Source: a virus
Virus record (IMG/VR): IMGVR_UViG_3300042566_002057
Span: 32,001-96,000 of that record
Strand: one strand, 5' to 3'
DNA length: 64,000 nt
Part shown: positions 18,624-29,358 of the stretch, piece by piece
Layout of the letters: each line of letters begins with the position of its first letter
Numbering within the stretch: the first letter of the stretch is position 1
Program-made: the position numbers and the translations under genes
The notes under the pieces: generated by a model
What the model was told of the DNA's origin: nothing
Seen by the model: only the letters and a program-made list of their open reading frames with translations
Database searches by the model: none

Positions 18624-19328
18624 ATGATACATATTTTATGGTGTACACTTAGACCTTCTCAATTTATTAACATGCATCAGGAGTGGATGAGAAGAGCTGA
18701 AAATCCTGAAAACATACAAACTTATGTGGCTGTCAATTGGGAACAACACGCAAACGAATTAAGAGATTACTTAAAAAAGAATTATTTAATTACACTTAAT
18801 ACTAATCGTATTGGTGTTTGTTATCCATCATATCAATTATCTTCTAACTTAGGTGTAAATATGGGTCAATGTAAAGATGATGATATTGTTGTTTTTGCAT
18901 CTGATGATTTTATGGCACCTCAAGGATGGGACACTTATCTTATTGATAAATTAAAAGAAAGAACATCTGCTCTTTTTGTAAGAGATGGTTATCAACTACC
19001 AGACTCTTCTAATATGTTACATCCAGCAATCACTATTCCAATTATGACATATGATTGTTTACTAAAGATAAACAGAGCTATTTATCATCCATCTTATAAC
19101 CATATGTTTTCAGATTGTGAGCTTTATCTAACATTAAAAGATTTAGGTCTTTTATATGATGATAGATTAAATGATGAAACAACATTTGAGCATCACCATT
19201 ATGCCGCTGGTAAAAGAACTGCTGACCAGGCCGACCAAGCTTATAGTAATAAGTGGAAAGAAGATGAGATAACTTGGAATAAAAGAAAAGATATGTCAGT
19301 AGAAGAAAGAATTTTAGTATCGGAATGA
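18624..19328 (+). CDS. GT-A fold glycosyltransferase (GT2-like)
   Basis: VFASDD motif, FSDCEL; island context. Confidence 0.6.
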   Translation: MIHILWCTLRPSQFINMHQEWMRRAENPENIQTYVAVNWEQHANELRDYLKKNYLITLNTNRIGVCYPSYQLSSNLGVNMGQCKDDDIVVFASDDFMAPQGWDTYLIDKLKERTSALFVRDGYQLPDSSNMLHPAITIPIMTYDCLLKINRAIYHPSYNHMFSDCELYLTLKDLGLLYDDRLNDETTFEHHHYAAGKRTADQADQAYSNKWKEDEITWNKRKDMSVEERILVSE

Positions 19329-20155
19329 AAAAGAAAATTAAAATAGACTTTACAGACTTCTGGGGTGGATTTGATAAGACAAATAATTACTTCTACAACT
19401 TATTGAAAGATGAATTTGATGTGGTGATAACTTCTAATCCTGACTTTTTATTTTTCTCTGTTTTTGGTAACCAACATCAAAATTATAAGTGTAAAAAGAT
19501 TTTTTACACTGGTGAGAATGTTGCACCACCGTTAGGATATTGTGATTACTCTTTCTCATTCGATTATTTAGATGATGTGAGAAACTATAGACTACCACAT
19601 TATTTATTATATGATGGTTATTATGAATTAGAAAGAGAAAAGATAATTGATAATAGTTTATCCAATCGTAAGTTTTGTAATTTTATTGCTTCTAATGGTA
19701 ATTGTCAAGAAAGAAATCAATTTGTTCAATTATTATCACAGTATAAAAAAGTAGATTGTGGTGGTCAATGGATGAATAACATTGGTTATGCGGTAACTGA
19801 TAAGAGAAAATTTCAATCAGAATATAAATTTTCCATCTCATTTGAGAATAATGCTTATAGACCTCAATTTCCTGGATACACGACTGAGAAAATTATGGAA
19901 CCTATGACAGTCAACTCAATGCCAATATACTGGGGTAATCCAGAGATTTATAAAGAATTTAATACTAAATCTTTTGTAAATTTTTACGATTTCAACAATA
20001 TAAACGAAATGGTTGACTATATTATAGAACTCGATAAGAATGATAACTTATATTTAGATAAGTTAAGAGAACATTGGTTTGTTAATAATGAAACACCAAC
20101 TAATAATAAGATAGAAAATATAAAGTCTTTCTTATATAAAATATTTAATAACTAA
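19325..20155 (+). CDS. alpha-1,3-fucosyltransferase (GT10)
   Basis: YKFSISFEN...GYTTEKI...PIYWG. Confidence 0.88.
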   Translation: MKKKIKIDFTDFWGGFDKTNNYFYNLLKDEFDVVITSNPDFLFFSVFGNQHQNYKCKKIFYTGENVAPPLGYCDYSFSFDYLDDVRNYRLPHYLLYDGYYELEREKIIDNSLSNRKFCNFIASNGNCQERNQFVQLLSQYKKVDCGGQWMNNIGYAVTDKRKFQSEYKFSISFENNAYRPQFPGYTTEKIMEPMTVNSMPIYWGNPEIYKEFNTKSFVNFYDFNNINEMVDYIIELDKNDNLYLDKLREHWFVNNETPTNNKIENIKSFLYKIFNN

Positions 20156-20779
20156 ATGACTGGAATAGTAGTAGCAAGATACAATGAAGACACAAAGTGG
20201 TTAGAAGAATTTAATGATTTTAATATTCACTTGTATAATAAAGGTGAAGATGAATTAGTAAATTCAATAAAACTACCAAATGTTGGAAGAGAAGCACATA
20301 CTTATCTAACACATATTGTTAATAATTATGATAATCTTGATGATGTTATAATTTTCACTCAGGGTAATCCTGATCACGCCTCTGATATAAATGAATTTAG
20401 AAGTTTAGAAAACTTCAGTGGTTACAAAACATTTGTTGAATATTATGGGAATATGACTGATGGTGAAATAATATCTAGAAAGAATCAACCAGGTGCTTAT
20501 TGGATGGCTTTTTCACAAAGAAGTCAAATAACACCAAATGTTGTTTACAAATTTCTATATGGAAAAGAAATTTCTAATTGTTGGGTTGCTGTTTGTGCAA
20601 TTTTTGCGGTAGACAAAGAAACAATATTAAAACACCCAAAAGAAAAATACCAACAATTACTTATGTTATTTGATAGACCAGATTTTAACTGGATGGCTTA
20701 TGTTCTTGAATATAGTTGGACACTTATGTTTAAACCAGAGGGATTCAATACTGAAGAAGTAAAAGAAAATATAATATAA
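20156..20779 (+). CDS. DUF3431-like protein
   Basis: IVVARYNED, LPNVGREAHTYL and FTQG motifs. Confidence 0.75.
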   Translation: MTGIVVARYNEDTKWLEEFNDFNIHLYNKGEDELVNSIKLPNVGREAHTYLTHIVNNYDNLDDVIIFTQGNPDHASDINEFRSLENFSGYKTFVEYYGNMTDGEIISRKNQPGAYWMAFSQRSQITPNVVYKFLYGKEISNCWVAVCAIFAVDKETILKHPKEKYQQLLMLFDRPDFNWMAYVLEYSWTLMFKPEGFNTEEVKENII

Positions 20780-20827
20780 ATGAATTTTTATTACAAAACA
20801 ATAAGATAAATAATTATAAAATTAAAT

Positions 20828-22063
20828 ATGAAACAAATTTCACAAATTGAAAATAAAGAAAAAAATATCAATTGTTTAATATCAGGTGAGCAACTATTAA
20901 AGATATTAGATTTTGGAATGCATCCTTACGCAGATACATTTATTCCTGAAAATTTAGTTGATAAAAGTGAACCTGTATTTCCATTAGAAGTTTACTTGAA
21001 TCCTAATAATGGTAATATACAATTAGGTTGTGTTACAAACGATTTTGATAGATATAATTTATATGATTACTCATATACTTCATCTAACTCAAATTTTTCT
21101 AAAACACACTGGAGAAAATATAAAGATAGAATTGTAGAAAAATTCAATCCAGTTGATAAGTTTATCATTGAAGTAGGATCTAACGATGGTTTTTTATTAG
21201 GTATGTTCTCTGAATCAAATTCAATTCTTGGGGTTGATTCTTCGAAACAAATGGTAGATGTTGCTAATAGTAATGGTGTGAGAAGTATTCATAGAATTTT
21301 TAATACTGATACCGCTAATGAAATAAAAAGTAATTATGGTTTGTGTGATATACTTATTGCGAATAATGTATTTAATCACTCTAATAATCCTGTAGACTTT
21401 GCAACTGGTGTGTCTAACATTCTAAATACCGATGGTGTTTTTGTATTTGAATTACCCTACTGGTTTGATACTGTAAGAAGTGGTAAATTTGATCAAGTTT
21501 ATCATGAGCACATAAGCTACTTCACAGTAAATTCAGCTTATCATTTACTAAAAAAGGCAAATTTAGAAATCTTTGATGTAGAATTAGTTGACTACCACGG
21601 TGGAAGTATAAGAGTTTACTCTAGAAAATCATCAAGTCCTAAAATGAATCCATTAGTCAAGAAACTAATAGATGATGAAGTGTCATATGGTTTATTTAAC
21701 TCTGAGACATATGTAAAATGGCAGAAAGAACTTGAACTTAAAAGAAATCAATTTTTATCTGAAATATTTGATCTTAAGATTAAAAATCCTAATTCAATAA
21801 TAATAGGTGTTGGTGCTGCAGCTAAAGCAAATACATTTCTTAATTATTACAGAATTGATAAAAGTATATTAAATTATATCACTGATTCGTCAGAGTATAA
21901 AATTGGAAAACTTACACCACTTAGTAGGATTCCAATTGTATCAGATGATATTTTTTCCGAGTTTGATGATGTTTACGCGATGATTTTATCTTGGAACATT
22001 TCACAAGATTTGATAGATATACTTAAAAAAATAAATCCAAAAATTAAATTTATAAAAATATGA
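20828..22063 (+). CDS. NDP-sugar C-methyltransferase
   Basis: EVGSNDG, ANNVFNH, YHEH, HGGSIR and GAAAKA motifs. Confidence 0.85.
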   Translation: MKQISQIENKEKNINCLISGEQLLKILDFGMHPYADTFIPENLVDKSEPVFPLEVYLNPNNGNIQLGCVTNDFDRYNLYDYSYTSSNSNFSKTHWRKYKDRIVEKFNPVDKFIIEVGSNDGFLLGMFSESNSILGVDSSKQMVDVANSNGVRSIHRIFNTDTANEIKSNYGLCDILIANNVFNHSNNPVDFATGVSNILNTDGVFVFELPYWFDTVRSGKFDQVYHEHISYFTVNSAYHLLKKANLEIFDVELVDYHGGSIRVYSRKSSSPKMNPLVKKLIDDEVSYGLFNSETYVKWQKELELKRNQFLSEIFDLKIKNPNSIIIGVGAAAKANTFLNYYRIDKSILNYITDSSEYKIGKLTPLSRIPIVSDDIFSEFDDVYAMILSWNISQDLIDILKKINPKIKFIKI

Positions 22064-22464
22064 AAGTTATTAATATATTCGACGGAGATAATCCTAATTT
22101 AGAAGTTCATAGAGATGGTAGAGGAACTATCGCTGATATTTTTTACAATACAAAAATTGAGCATGTTGCAATTATTCAATCCGAACCTAATGTAATTAGA
22201 GGAAATCACTACCATAAAGAAACTACACAGTCTATGTTAATGACTAAAGGATCACTTGAATATTGGTACAAGCCAGTAGAAAGTGATGAGCCAGCTAAGA
22301 TGTATCTTTGTAAAGTTGGTGATCTAATCACAACTGGGCCATATGAAATACACGCTCTAAAAATTACAGAAGAAGGAAACGAATTTATTGTTTTTACAGA
22401 AGGTAAAAGAGGAGGAATGGATTATGAGTCCGATACTTATAGAGTTGATTCAATAATTCCATAA
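22060..22464 (+). CDS. cupin-fold sugar isomerase/epimerase
   Basis: DGRG...RGNHYHK...EIHA. Confidence 0.75.
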   Translation: MKVINIFDGDNPNLEVHRDGRGTIADIFYNTKIEHVAIIQSEPNVIRGNHYHKETTQSMLMTKGSLEYWYKPVESDEPAKMYLCKVGDLITTGPYEIHALKITEEGNEFIVFTEGKRGGMDYESDTYRVDSIIP

Positions 22465-22486
22465 ACAGAATAAATTAATAAATTTT

Positions 22487-23008
22487 ATGAAAGTTGGTGA
22501 AGATGTTATCATAGATAATGATGTTGTATTTAAGAGACCTGAATTTGTCTCTATCGGAGATCATGTTGCAATTGACAAAGGATTTTATTGTACAACTAAA
22601 ATAGAGATAGGTAACTACGTTCACATATCACCATATGTAACTTGTATAGGTGGTGTAGATGGTCACTTCATTTGTAAAGGTTTTAACAACATTATGGCTG
22701 GAGCTAGAATAGTTTGTTCATCTGATAGGTTTGATGATAGTGGTTTATTTGGTGCTATGATTCCTAATCAACTAAAAGGAAATCAAATAATAAAACCTGT
22801 GATAATGGAAGAGTTCTCTAATATAGGAACGAATTCAATAGTGTTACCAGGTTCTATATTAAGAAAGGGTGTATTGTTAGCCGCTGGTTCTCTATTAATC
22901 GGAGATACAGAAGAATGGGGAGTTTATAAAGGAAATCCGGCTGTTTTGGTAAAAAAGATTAATCCTGAAAAAATTATAAAAAATGCAAAACTATTAGGTT
23001 ATGAGTAA
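22487..23008 (+). CDS. hexapeptide-repeat acyltransferase
   Basis: IGDHVAI/IGNYVHI repeats; GNPA near the C-terminus. Confidence 0.85.
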   Translation: MKVGEDVIIDNDVVFKRPEFVSIGDHVAIDKGFYCTTKIEIGNYVHISPYVTCIGGVDGHFICKGFNNIMAGARIVCSSDRFDDSGLFGAMIPNQLKGNQIIKPVIMEEFSNIGTNSIVLPGSILRKGVLLAAGSLLIGDTEEWGVYKGNPAVLVKKINPEKIIKNAKLLGYE

Positions 23009-23732
23009 ATATGTTTATAATAGTTGGCCTTTGGGTAAAGTCTCTAAAGATTTACAAAGACCAGAATTAGAAATAATAAAAGAAATGGGATATCATTGGT
23101 CGGATCCAAGAGATGTAATTGATATGTTTGAGGAAAAAATTGCTAAGTTTGCTGGTTCCAAATTTGCAGTTTCTGTAGATTGTTGTTCTAATGGACTTTT
23201 TCTTTGTATGAAATACCTACAAAGTATTTCGTCTGAAAATAAAAAATTAGAAGTTACTATCCCTAATAGAACTTATGTTTCAGTAGCTATGCAAATCAAA
23301 CATGCTGGTTGGATTCCTAAATTCGATGAGATTAACTGGAATGGTGTATATCAATTAGGTGATACAAGAATCTGGGATGGTGCTGGAAGATACACAAAGG
23401 ATATGTATTTAGGTGGTGATGTTTTACAAGTATTATCTTTTCAAATAAAAAAGAAAATTCCAATTGGTAAGGGTGGTGTTATTCTAACAGACGATGAACA
23501 AGCATATAACTGGTTGAAGTTAGCATCTTATGATGGTAGAGATTTAAGGACTCCTTATACAGATGAGAACCATATCAGACAAATAGGTTGGCATATGTAT
23601 ATGACACCTGAGGATGCCGCTAGAGGTATTATACTTATGGATAAAACACCTGAAATCAATGAAGACTTTCAAAATGATGGTATGTATCCAGAAATAAAAG
23701 AATTATTAAAAAATATAAATTTATATGAGTAA
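23001..23732 (+). CDS. DegT/DnrJ-family sugar aminotransferase (short form)
   Basis: FEEKIA, LSFQIKK (PLP lysine) and GKGGVILTDD. Confidence 0.8.
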   Translation: MSKYVYNSWPLGKVSKDLQRPELEIIKEMGYHWSDPRDVIDMFEEKIAKFAGSKFAVSVDCCSNGLFLCMKYLQSISSENKKLEVTIPNRTYVSVAMQIKHAGWIPKFDEINWNGVYQLGDTRIWDGAGRYTKDMYLGGDVLQVLSFQIKKKIPIGKGGVILTDDEQAYNWLKLASYDGRDLRTPYTDENHIRQIGWHMYMTPEDAARGIILMDKTPEINEDFQNDGMYPEIKELLKNINLYE

Positions 23733-24717
23733 GAAAAAAGCGTTTATAACAGGAATATCCGGCCAAGATGGTTCATATCTTTCAGAGTATTTACTATCTA
23801 AAGATTATGAGGTTTATGGTATAGTAAGAAGAAGTTCGGTAGCTGAAAATCAACTATCAAGACTTAATCCAGTAATTGATAAAATAAATGTCTCTTATGG
23901 TGATATGTTGGATCAAACATCATTAGAAAAAGCACTTACTGATATCAAACCAGATGAAATTTATAATTTAGCAGCTCAGTCGCATGTTAGAGTAAGTTTT
24001 GATGTACCTCAATTCACAGTACAGACTAACTCAATTGGTGTTGTGAATATATTAGAAGCTTATAAAAGAATAGTTCCTGAAGCTAAATTCTATCAAGCTT
24101 CAAGTTCTGAAATGTTTGGACTTAGTGTAGACGATGATGGTTATCAAAGAGAAACAACATCTCTTAATCCGGTATCACCATATGGTTGCTCTAAGGTCTT
24201 TGCGTATAATATGGTTAGACATTATAGAAGAGCACACGGATTACATGCGGTTAATGGTATATTATTCAACCATGAGTCTCCAAGAAGAGGAAGTAACTTT
24301 GTAACTAATAAAGTTGTAAAGAGTGCTTGTCTTATAAAACTTGGTAAATTAGATAAACTTGAACTCGGTAACTTGGACTCTTATAGAGATTGGGGTCACT
24401 CAAAAGACTATGTAAGAGCAATGCACTCAATATTAAATCACGATACTCCTGATGACTTTGTTGTATCAACTGGTAGAACAAATAGTGTAAGAGAGATGTG
24501 TGATGTGGTTTTTAAATATTTAGACTTAGATTATAAAGATTATATTTTACAGAATCCTAAGTTTTTGAGACCGGAAGAACTTCCATATCTTAAGGGTGAT
24601 TGTAGTAAATTAAAAAATACTATTAATTGGGAACCAGAGTACTCATTTGAGGAAATGATGTATGAGATGTGTGATCATTGGATGGATGTTTTACAAAATA
24701 AAGAATCTCTTCGATGA
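23725..24717 (+). CDS. gmd: second GDP-mannose 4,6-dehydratase
   Basis: TGISGQDGSYL, NLAAQSHV, SPYGCSK and FNHESPRR motifs. Confidence 0.93.
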   Translation: MSKKKAFITGISGQDGSYLSEYLLSKDYEVYGIVRRSSVAENQLSRLNPVIDKINVSYGDMLDQTSLEKALTDIKPDEIYNLAAQSHVRVSFDVPQFTVQTNSIGVVNILEAYKRIVPEAKFYQASSSEMFGLSVDDDGYQRETTSLNPVSPYGCSKVFAYNMVRHYRRAHGLHAVNGILFNHESPRRGSNFVTNKVVKSACLIKLGKLDKLELGNLDSYRDWGHSKDYVRAMHSILNHDTPDDFVVSTGRTNSVREMCDVVFKYLDLDYKDYILQNPKFLRPEELPYLKGDCSKLKNTINWEPEYSFEEMMYEMCDHWMDVLQNKESLR

Positions 24718-25427
24718 AAAAAATAATAGCTTTCTCACTATGGGGTGATAATTCGATTTATTGGACAGGAGCAGTTAGAAATATAGAACTTGCTAAAAAG
24801 TTTTATCCAGATTGGTTTTGTAGATTTTACGTTGATTCAAATTGTAAAAAAGAACTTATAGAAACTCTTTCAGGTGAGAACGTTGAGATTGTTCTTATGA
24901 ACTCTTCTAACTATGATTATAGTAATATTTCACCTAGATTTAATCACTCTGGTTTATTTTGGAGATTTTTGGCTTTATCAGATGAATCTGTTGATTATGT
25001 AATTTCGAGAGATTGTGATTCGCGTATTTCTAAAAGAGAGTCAGATGCTGTAAATGAGTGGTTGAATTCAGATAAGAGATTTCATATTATGAGAGACCAT
25101 CCTTACCACAGAGTTCCTATATTAGCTGGAATGTGGGGTTGTAAAAGAGAGTTTTTATCAAATATAAAAGAACTTCTTAACTTTTGGGAAAACTATCCAC
25201 ATAAAGGTGTTTTTCATGCAGAGGATCAAGACTTTTTAGGTCAATTAATTTATTCTTTAGTGAAAAATGAGTGTATGGAGCACTCTGAGTTTAATATATC
25301 CTATGGTAATGAAATAAGAAACTTTCCTGAAAAAAGAGTTGATTATGAATTCATAGGAGATGTATTTGATGAAAATGATAATAGAAATCCAGATTATTGG
25401 ATATTAATAAAAAATATAGAAGGTTAA
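24714..25427 (+). CDS. putative glycosyltransferase
   Basis: KIIAFSLWG, FWRF, SRDCDS, HIMRDHP and DQDFL. Confidence 0.6.
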   Translation: MKKIIAFSLWGDNSIYWTGAVRNIELAKKFYPDWFCRFYVDSNCKKELIETLSGENVEIVLMNSSNYDYSNISPRFNHSGLFWRFLALSDESVDYVISRDCDSRISKRESDAVNEWLNSDKRFHIMRDHPYHRVPILAGMWGCKREFLSNIKELLNFWENYPHKGVFHAEDQDFLGQLIYSLVKNECMEHSEFNISYGNEIRNFPEKRVDYEFIGDVFDENDNRNPDYWILIKNIEG

Positions 25428-26279
25428 ATGAAAATAGATAAGATACTATTCATTAGTGACTCGAATATAAACTATTTGAGTTTTTGGAATTCAATTTCCA
25501 AGTATTACAAAAAAAGATTCAATTTAGACAGTAAGTTGTTTTTTATTGGTGAGAAAACTTCAGAAAATGAACAATTCTTATCAGAAGAGTGGGGTGAAGT
25601 TGAAGTAGTAAAACCACTTGAAAATGTTCCAATAATTATACAAAGCTTATGGGGTAAATTTTGGTTTACTCAAACTGAGCCAGATACAAACTGGTTGATT
25701 GGTGATATTGACTTATACCTTCTTAATAAAGAATATTTTGAGTATTGTATGTCTATTATACCAGATGGTACTTATGCACATATTAACGCAAATGGTTACA
25801 AAGATGGTAATTGGTGGGAAAGACCGTTGACTGGTATTCCTGGGTATTTTCACTGTGGGCCTGGTAAAAAATTTAAGGAATACTTAGAACTATCTGATTC
25901 TTTTGAGGAAGATTGTCTTTATATCTACAATTCTAAAAAATATGGAATACTTTATAATGGATTAATTCAACACGAAGATCAAGCTCCTCAAAGAGTTAAA
26001 GATAAAAAAGAATTTGGATTTATTTGTTGTGAGGAAAACTTAACTACTGAAAGGTTAAAAAGACACAAAGATCAAATAACTTCAATTACTTATCCTACAA
26101 ATTTAGTAAGAGTTGAAACTCCTTATGCTCTTCATGGTCAAGCTACTCCAGAAGATTTTGATTTTGTACATATTTTCAATCCAACACATAAGAACTTTTA
26201 TATTGACTTTCATGCACCAAGACCATACACTGTGTTTGGTGATAGAATAGAAAAAATATTAGACTACTATTATGAATAG
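25428..26279 (+). CDS. putative glycosyltransferase (DxD)
   Basis: GDID motif, DFHAPRP; island context. Confidence 0.5.
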   Translation: MKIDKILFISDSNINYLSFWNSISKYYKKRFNLDSKLFFIGEKTSENEQFLSEEWGEVEVVKPLENVPIIIQSLWGKFWFTQTEPDTNWLIGDIDLYLLNKEYFEYCMSIIPDGTYAHINANGYKDGNWWERPLTGIPGYFHCGPGKKFKEYLELSDSFEEDCLYIYNSKKYGILYNGLIQHEDQAPQRVKDKKEFGFICCEENLTTERLKRHKDQITSITYPTNLVRVETPYALHGQATPEDFDFVHIFNPTHKNFYIDFHAPRPYTVFGDRIEKILDYYYE

Positions 26280-27081
26280 CATTTATCAATGGTGTGGAAG
26301 ATTTGGAAATAATGTTCAACAAATATCTAATGCTATATTTTTTTGTAAAGAGAATTCATTGAACTTTCAGTCACCTGATAACGAAGTTATAAATTCATTT
26401 TCTGTGAATTTTGGTCAAAATCTTTGTAATCCAGGACTTTATTTTTTTCATATACCAAGTAAAATAGGCTCAGGTATTCCTGATTATACTACTGGTGATA
26501 TTCCTCTTTTATATAAAGTTCGTAGAGAAATTTGTAAAGAATATATCTATCCAAATCTAAAAATAAATTTTGATAACGTAAAAGAGTTAGATAATGATAC
26601 TGTTGTGATGCACATAAGAAGTGGTGATATCTTTTCAAGAAAAGATTATTATTGCTCGGTGGTATCAAACTACTTACAAAATCCTCTCGACTACTATATA
26701 AAAATCTCAGAAAACTATAATAAAGTAATTGTATTAACTGAAGACTATCAAAATCCTGTCATAGCTGAGTTAAACAAAATTGAAAAGTTTGATATTCGTA
26801 TATTAGGTATACAAGAGACAATAGAAATTATGTTATCTGCAAAGAATATAGTAACTTCTGGAGTATCAAGCTTTGGTATAGCTTGTGCTTTACTATCCAA
26901 AAATGTGAAGAGAGTTTATGCTTCTGATTTGATTGTTGATGAAATACTTAACTTCAATGATTTGATACAAACTGATATTGAAGTAAAAGTGACTAGTATA
27001 GATACCGAACGATATATTAAATGGAATAATTGGTTAAATAGTGATGAACAAAGAAAAATAATGATAGAATATGTTTTATAG
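26272..27081 (+). CDS. fucosyltransferase-like (GT11-related)
   Basis: GRFGNN, HIRSGD and SSF motifs. Confidence 0.65.
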   Translation: MNSIYQWCGRFGNNVQQISNAIFFCKENSLNFQSPDNEVINSFSVNFGQNLCNPGLYFFHIPSKIGSGIPDYTTGDIPLLYKVRREICKEYIYPNLKINFDNVKELDNDTVVMHIRSGDIFSRKDYYCSVVSNYLQNPLDYYIKISENYNKVIVLTEDYQNPVIAELNKIEKFDIRILGIQETIEIMLSAKNIVTSGVSSFGIACALLSKNVKRVYASDLIVDEILNFNDLIQTDIEVKVTSIDTERYIKWNNWLNSDEQRKIMIEYVL

Positions 27082-27691
27082 TCAGTCAGGTGAAGACCAA
27101 ATTTTATACGATAAGTATTTAAATTACAGAGATGGATTTTTTATAGAGTTGGGTGCAATGGATGGTGTTTGCTATTCAAATACACACTTTTTTGAGAATA
27201 ATTTAAATTGGACCGGGGTTTTGATAGAACCTACAAATCAATACAATCGGTTAATTGAAAATAGACCAAAATGTCATAATTTTAATTATGCTATTACTAA
27301 AGAAGAAGGATATGTAGACTTTGTTGGTGATGGTGCTGTTGGTGGTGTGGTTGAAACTATGCATGAAAATCATAGAATTGGAAATCATATAGATAATAAT
27401 ATCTATCAAGTAAAATCAATTCCAATCTCTGATTTACTAAAAGACTTAAATATAGAAAGAGTAGATTTATTTTCGATAGATGTTGAAGGTGGTGAGTTGC
27501 AAGTTTTAGAGACATTTGATTGGAGTATTCCTGTTTACATAGTATTAATTGAAATGGCAAGGTATTACCCTGAGAAAGATGAGAACTGTAGAAAAATACT
27601 TAGATCTAAAGGATTTGAACTAGACGCAACACTTAATATTAATAGTGGGTGTGAAGAAGTGTGGGTCAATAAAAATAATTCAAGAAAATGA
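27071..27691 (+). CDS. FkbM-family methyltransferase
   Basis: YSQSGED, ELGAMDG, SNT and IDVEGGE motifs. Confidence 0.88.
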   Translation: MFYSQSGEDQILYDKYLNYRDGFFIELGAMDGVCYSNTHFFENNLNWTGVLIEPTNQYNRLIENRPKCHNFNYAITKEEGYVDFVGDGAVGGVVETMHENHRIGNHIDNNIYQVKSIPISDLLKDLNIERVDLFSIDVEGGELQVLETFDWSIPVYIVLIEMARYYPEKDENCRKILRSKGFELDATLNINSGCEEVWVNKNNSRK

Positions 27692-28533
27692 AAATACTTA
27701 TATCAGATATTTACTTAGCAGGAAGAGACAATTGTGACTGGAAAGATGGTTATGAACTTTACTATGCATTTCAGAGTTTAGGATATCAAGTTGATATCGC
27801 TGGTAAAAATGGTATTATACCAGAAACCGAAATTCCTAATATAGCTCATAATTATGATTTAATAATCATAACTGAAAACTATCCACAATATAGTAATTGG
27901 CAGTGGTGGAATTGGAGAGAAATTAAAACACCTAAATTATTTTGGGCTATAGATACTCATCTAATTGACTTTACTGACTTTATTAATTATCATAAAATTG
28001 ATTATGTTGCTTTTAACAATAAGAGAGATATAGATAAAATGATAACATCTGCTAAAAAATTCTGGTTACCTTATGGTATTTCTAAAAAACACTATGGTGT
28101 TGATTATGAGACAGAAAAAGTACACGACATATCCTTTATTGGTGGATTAAATCCAGATAGACAATATTATATTGAAAAATATGGTATGAAACATTTTCAA
28201 CTTTATGGTCCAAATTATGTTAGAGAGATGCAAAAATCAAAAATTTGTTTCAATAAATCTATGTCTCACGATTTGAATGCTAAGAATATGGAAATAATAG
28301 GTTCGGGTACTTTTATGTTATCAAATATTAACGAAGACTTTTTACAATTTATGGACTATAATGAAAGTATAAAAGAAATGATGTACGTTGATGATATTGA
28401 TTTAGATAACAAAATCAAATTCTACTTAGAAAATGATGAGAAAAGAAATGAAATATCTAAAAATGCTAGAAATTACATCTTTGATAATCACTCATATGAG
28501 AAAAGAATGGAATATTTAATAAGCAATTTATAA
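27688..28533 (+). CDS. CgeB-like GT-B glycosyltransferase
   Basis: DISFIG, SKICFN, MEIIGSG and HSYEKR. Confidence 0.75.
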   Translation: MKILISDIYLAGRDNCDWKDGYELYYAFQSLGYQVDIAGKNGIIPETEIPNIAHNYDLIIITENYPQYSNWQWWNWREIKTPKLFWAIDTHLIDFTDFINYHKIDYVAFNNKRDIDKMITSAKKFWLPYGISKKHYGVDYETEKVHDISFIGGLNPDRQYYIEKYGMKHFQLYGPNYVREMQKSKICFNKSMSHDLNAKNMEIIGSGTFMLSNINEDFLQFMDYNESIKEMMYVDDIDLDNKIKFYLENDEKRNEISKNARNYIFDNHSYEKRMEYLISNL

Positions 28534-28548
28534 AAAACAATTAAAAAA

Positions 28549-29358
28549 ATGAACAGAATTATTTATCTTCTAAAAAATGATCCTAAAGAGATAGGAATGT
28601 TATTCAAAAGTTTAGAACTATTGAATGCTAACTTTCTTCCTAATAATAACTACCCTATTTATATTTTACATGATGAACCAATTAGTGATGAGACATTTCA
28701 ACAACTCAAAGAATATTCTGGTGTTGATTTTACCACTGTACTTATCAGCTTTGAGACCGATGAATATAAATCTAAAACGGTGGGAGTGCCTGATCAAATT
28801 ATGGTTCCTGGTATTGATAGAGGATTTGGAATAGGTTATAGACATATGTGTAGATTTTACTCATATGGTATGTATCTTATTCCTGAACTACAAGATACCA
28901 ATTACTATTTACGATTAGATTGTGACTCATATTTTACAAAAACTGTAGATTTTGATATATTCAAGCATATGGAAAATGGTGGATTTATCTACGGTTACAA
29001 TCAAATTACAACAGACAATCCACTTGTGTCACAAGGTCTTTGGGAAACAAGTAAAGAATATTCTAAAACCGTTGATGTAATTAAAGTTCCAATAGATGAA
29101 ATTAGACAGTATAATGTTTACTATACAAACTTTGAGATTGCTAAATTTGGTTGGTTTAGTGAATCCGTATATAAAGGCTTCTTCAATCATGTTGATGAAG
29201 TTAATGGAATCTACATCTATAGATGGGGAGACCACTGTATCAAATATCTGGGTGTAGAGATGTTCTTAGAAGACAGTAAAAAATGCCATCTAAACCTACC
29301 TTACTCACATGGAAATATATATAACATAAATGAATTTCAACAATTTATTAATAGGTAA
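28549..29358 (+). CDS. GT15 (Kre2/Mnt1-like) alpha-1,2-mannosyltransferase
   Basis: YRHMCRF, YYLRLD, NFEI and RWGD motifs. Confidence 0.8.
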   Translation: MNRIIYLLKNDPKEIGMLFKSLELLNANFLPNNNYPIYILHDEPISDETFQQLKEYSGVDFTTVLISFETDEYKSKTVGVPDQIMVPGIDRGFGIGYRHMCRFYSYGMYLIPELQDTNYYLRLDCDSYFTKTVDFDIFKHMENGGFIYGYNQITTDNPLVSQGLWETSKEYSKTVDVIKVPIDEIRQYNVYYTNFEIAKFGWFSESVYKGFFNHVDEVNGIYIYRWGDHCIKYLGVEMFLEDSKKCHLNLPYSHGNIYNINEFQQFINR

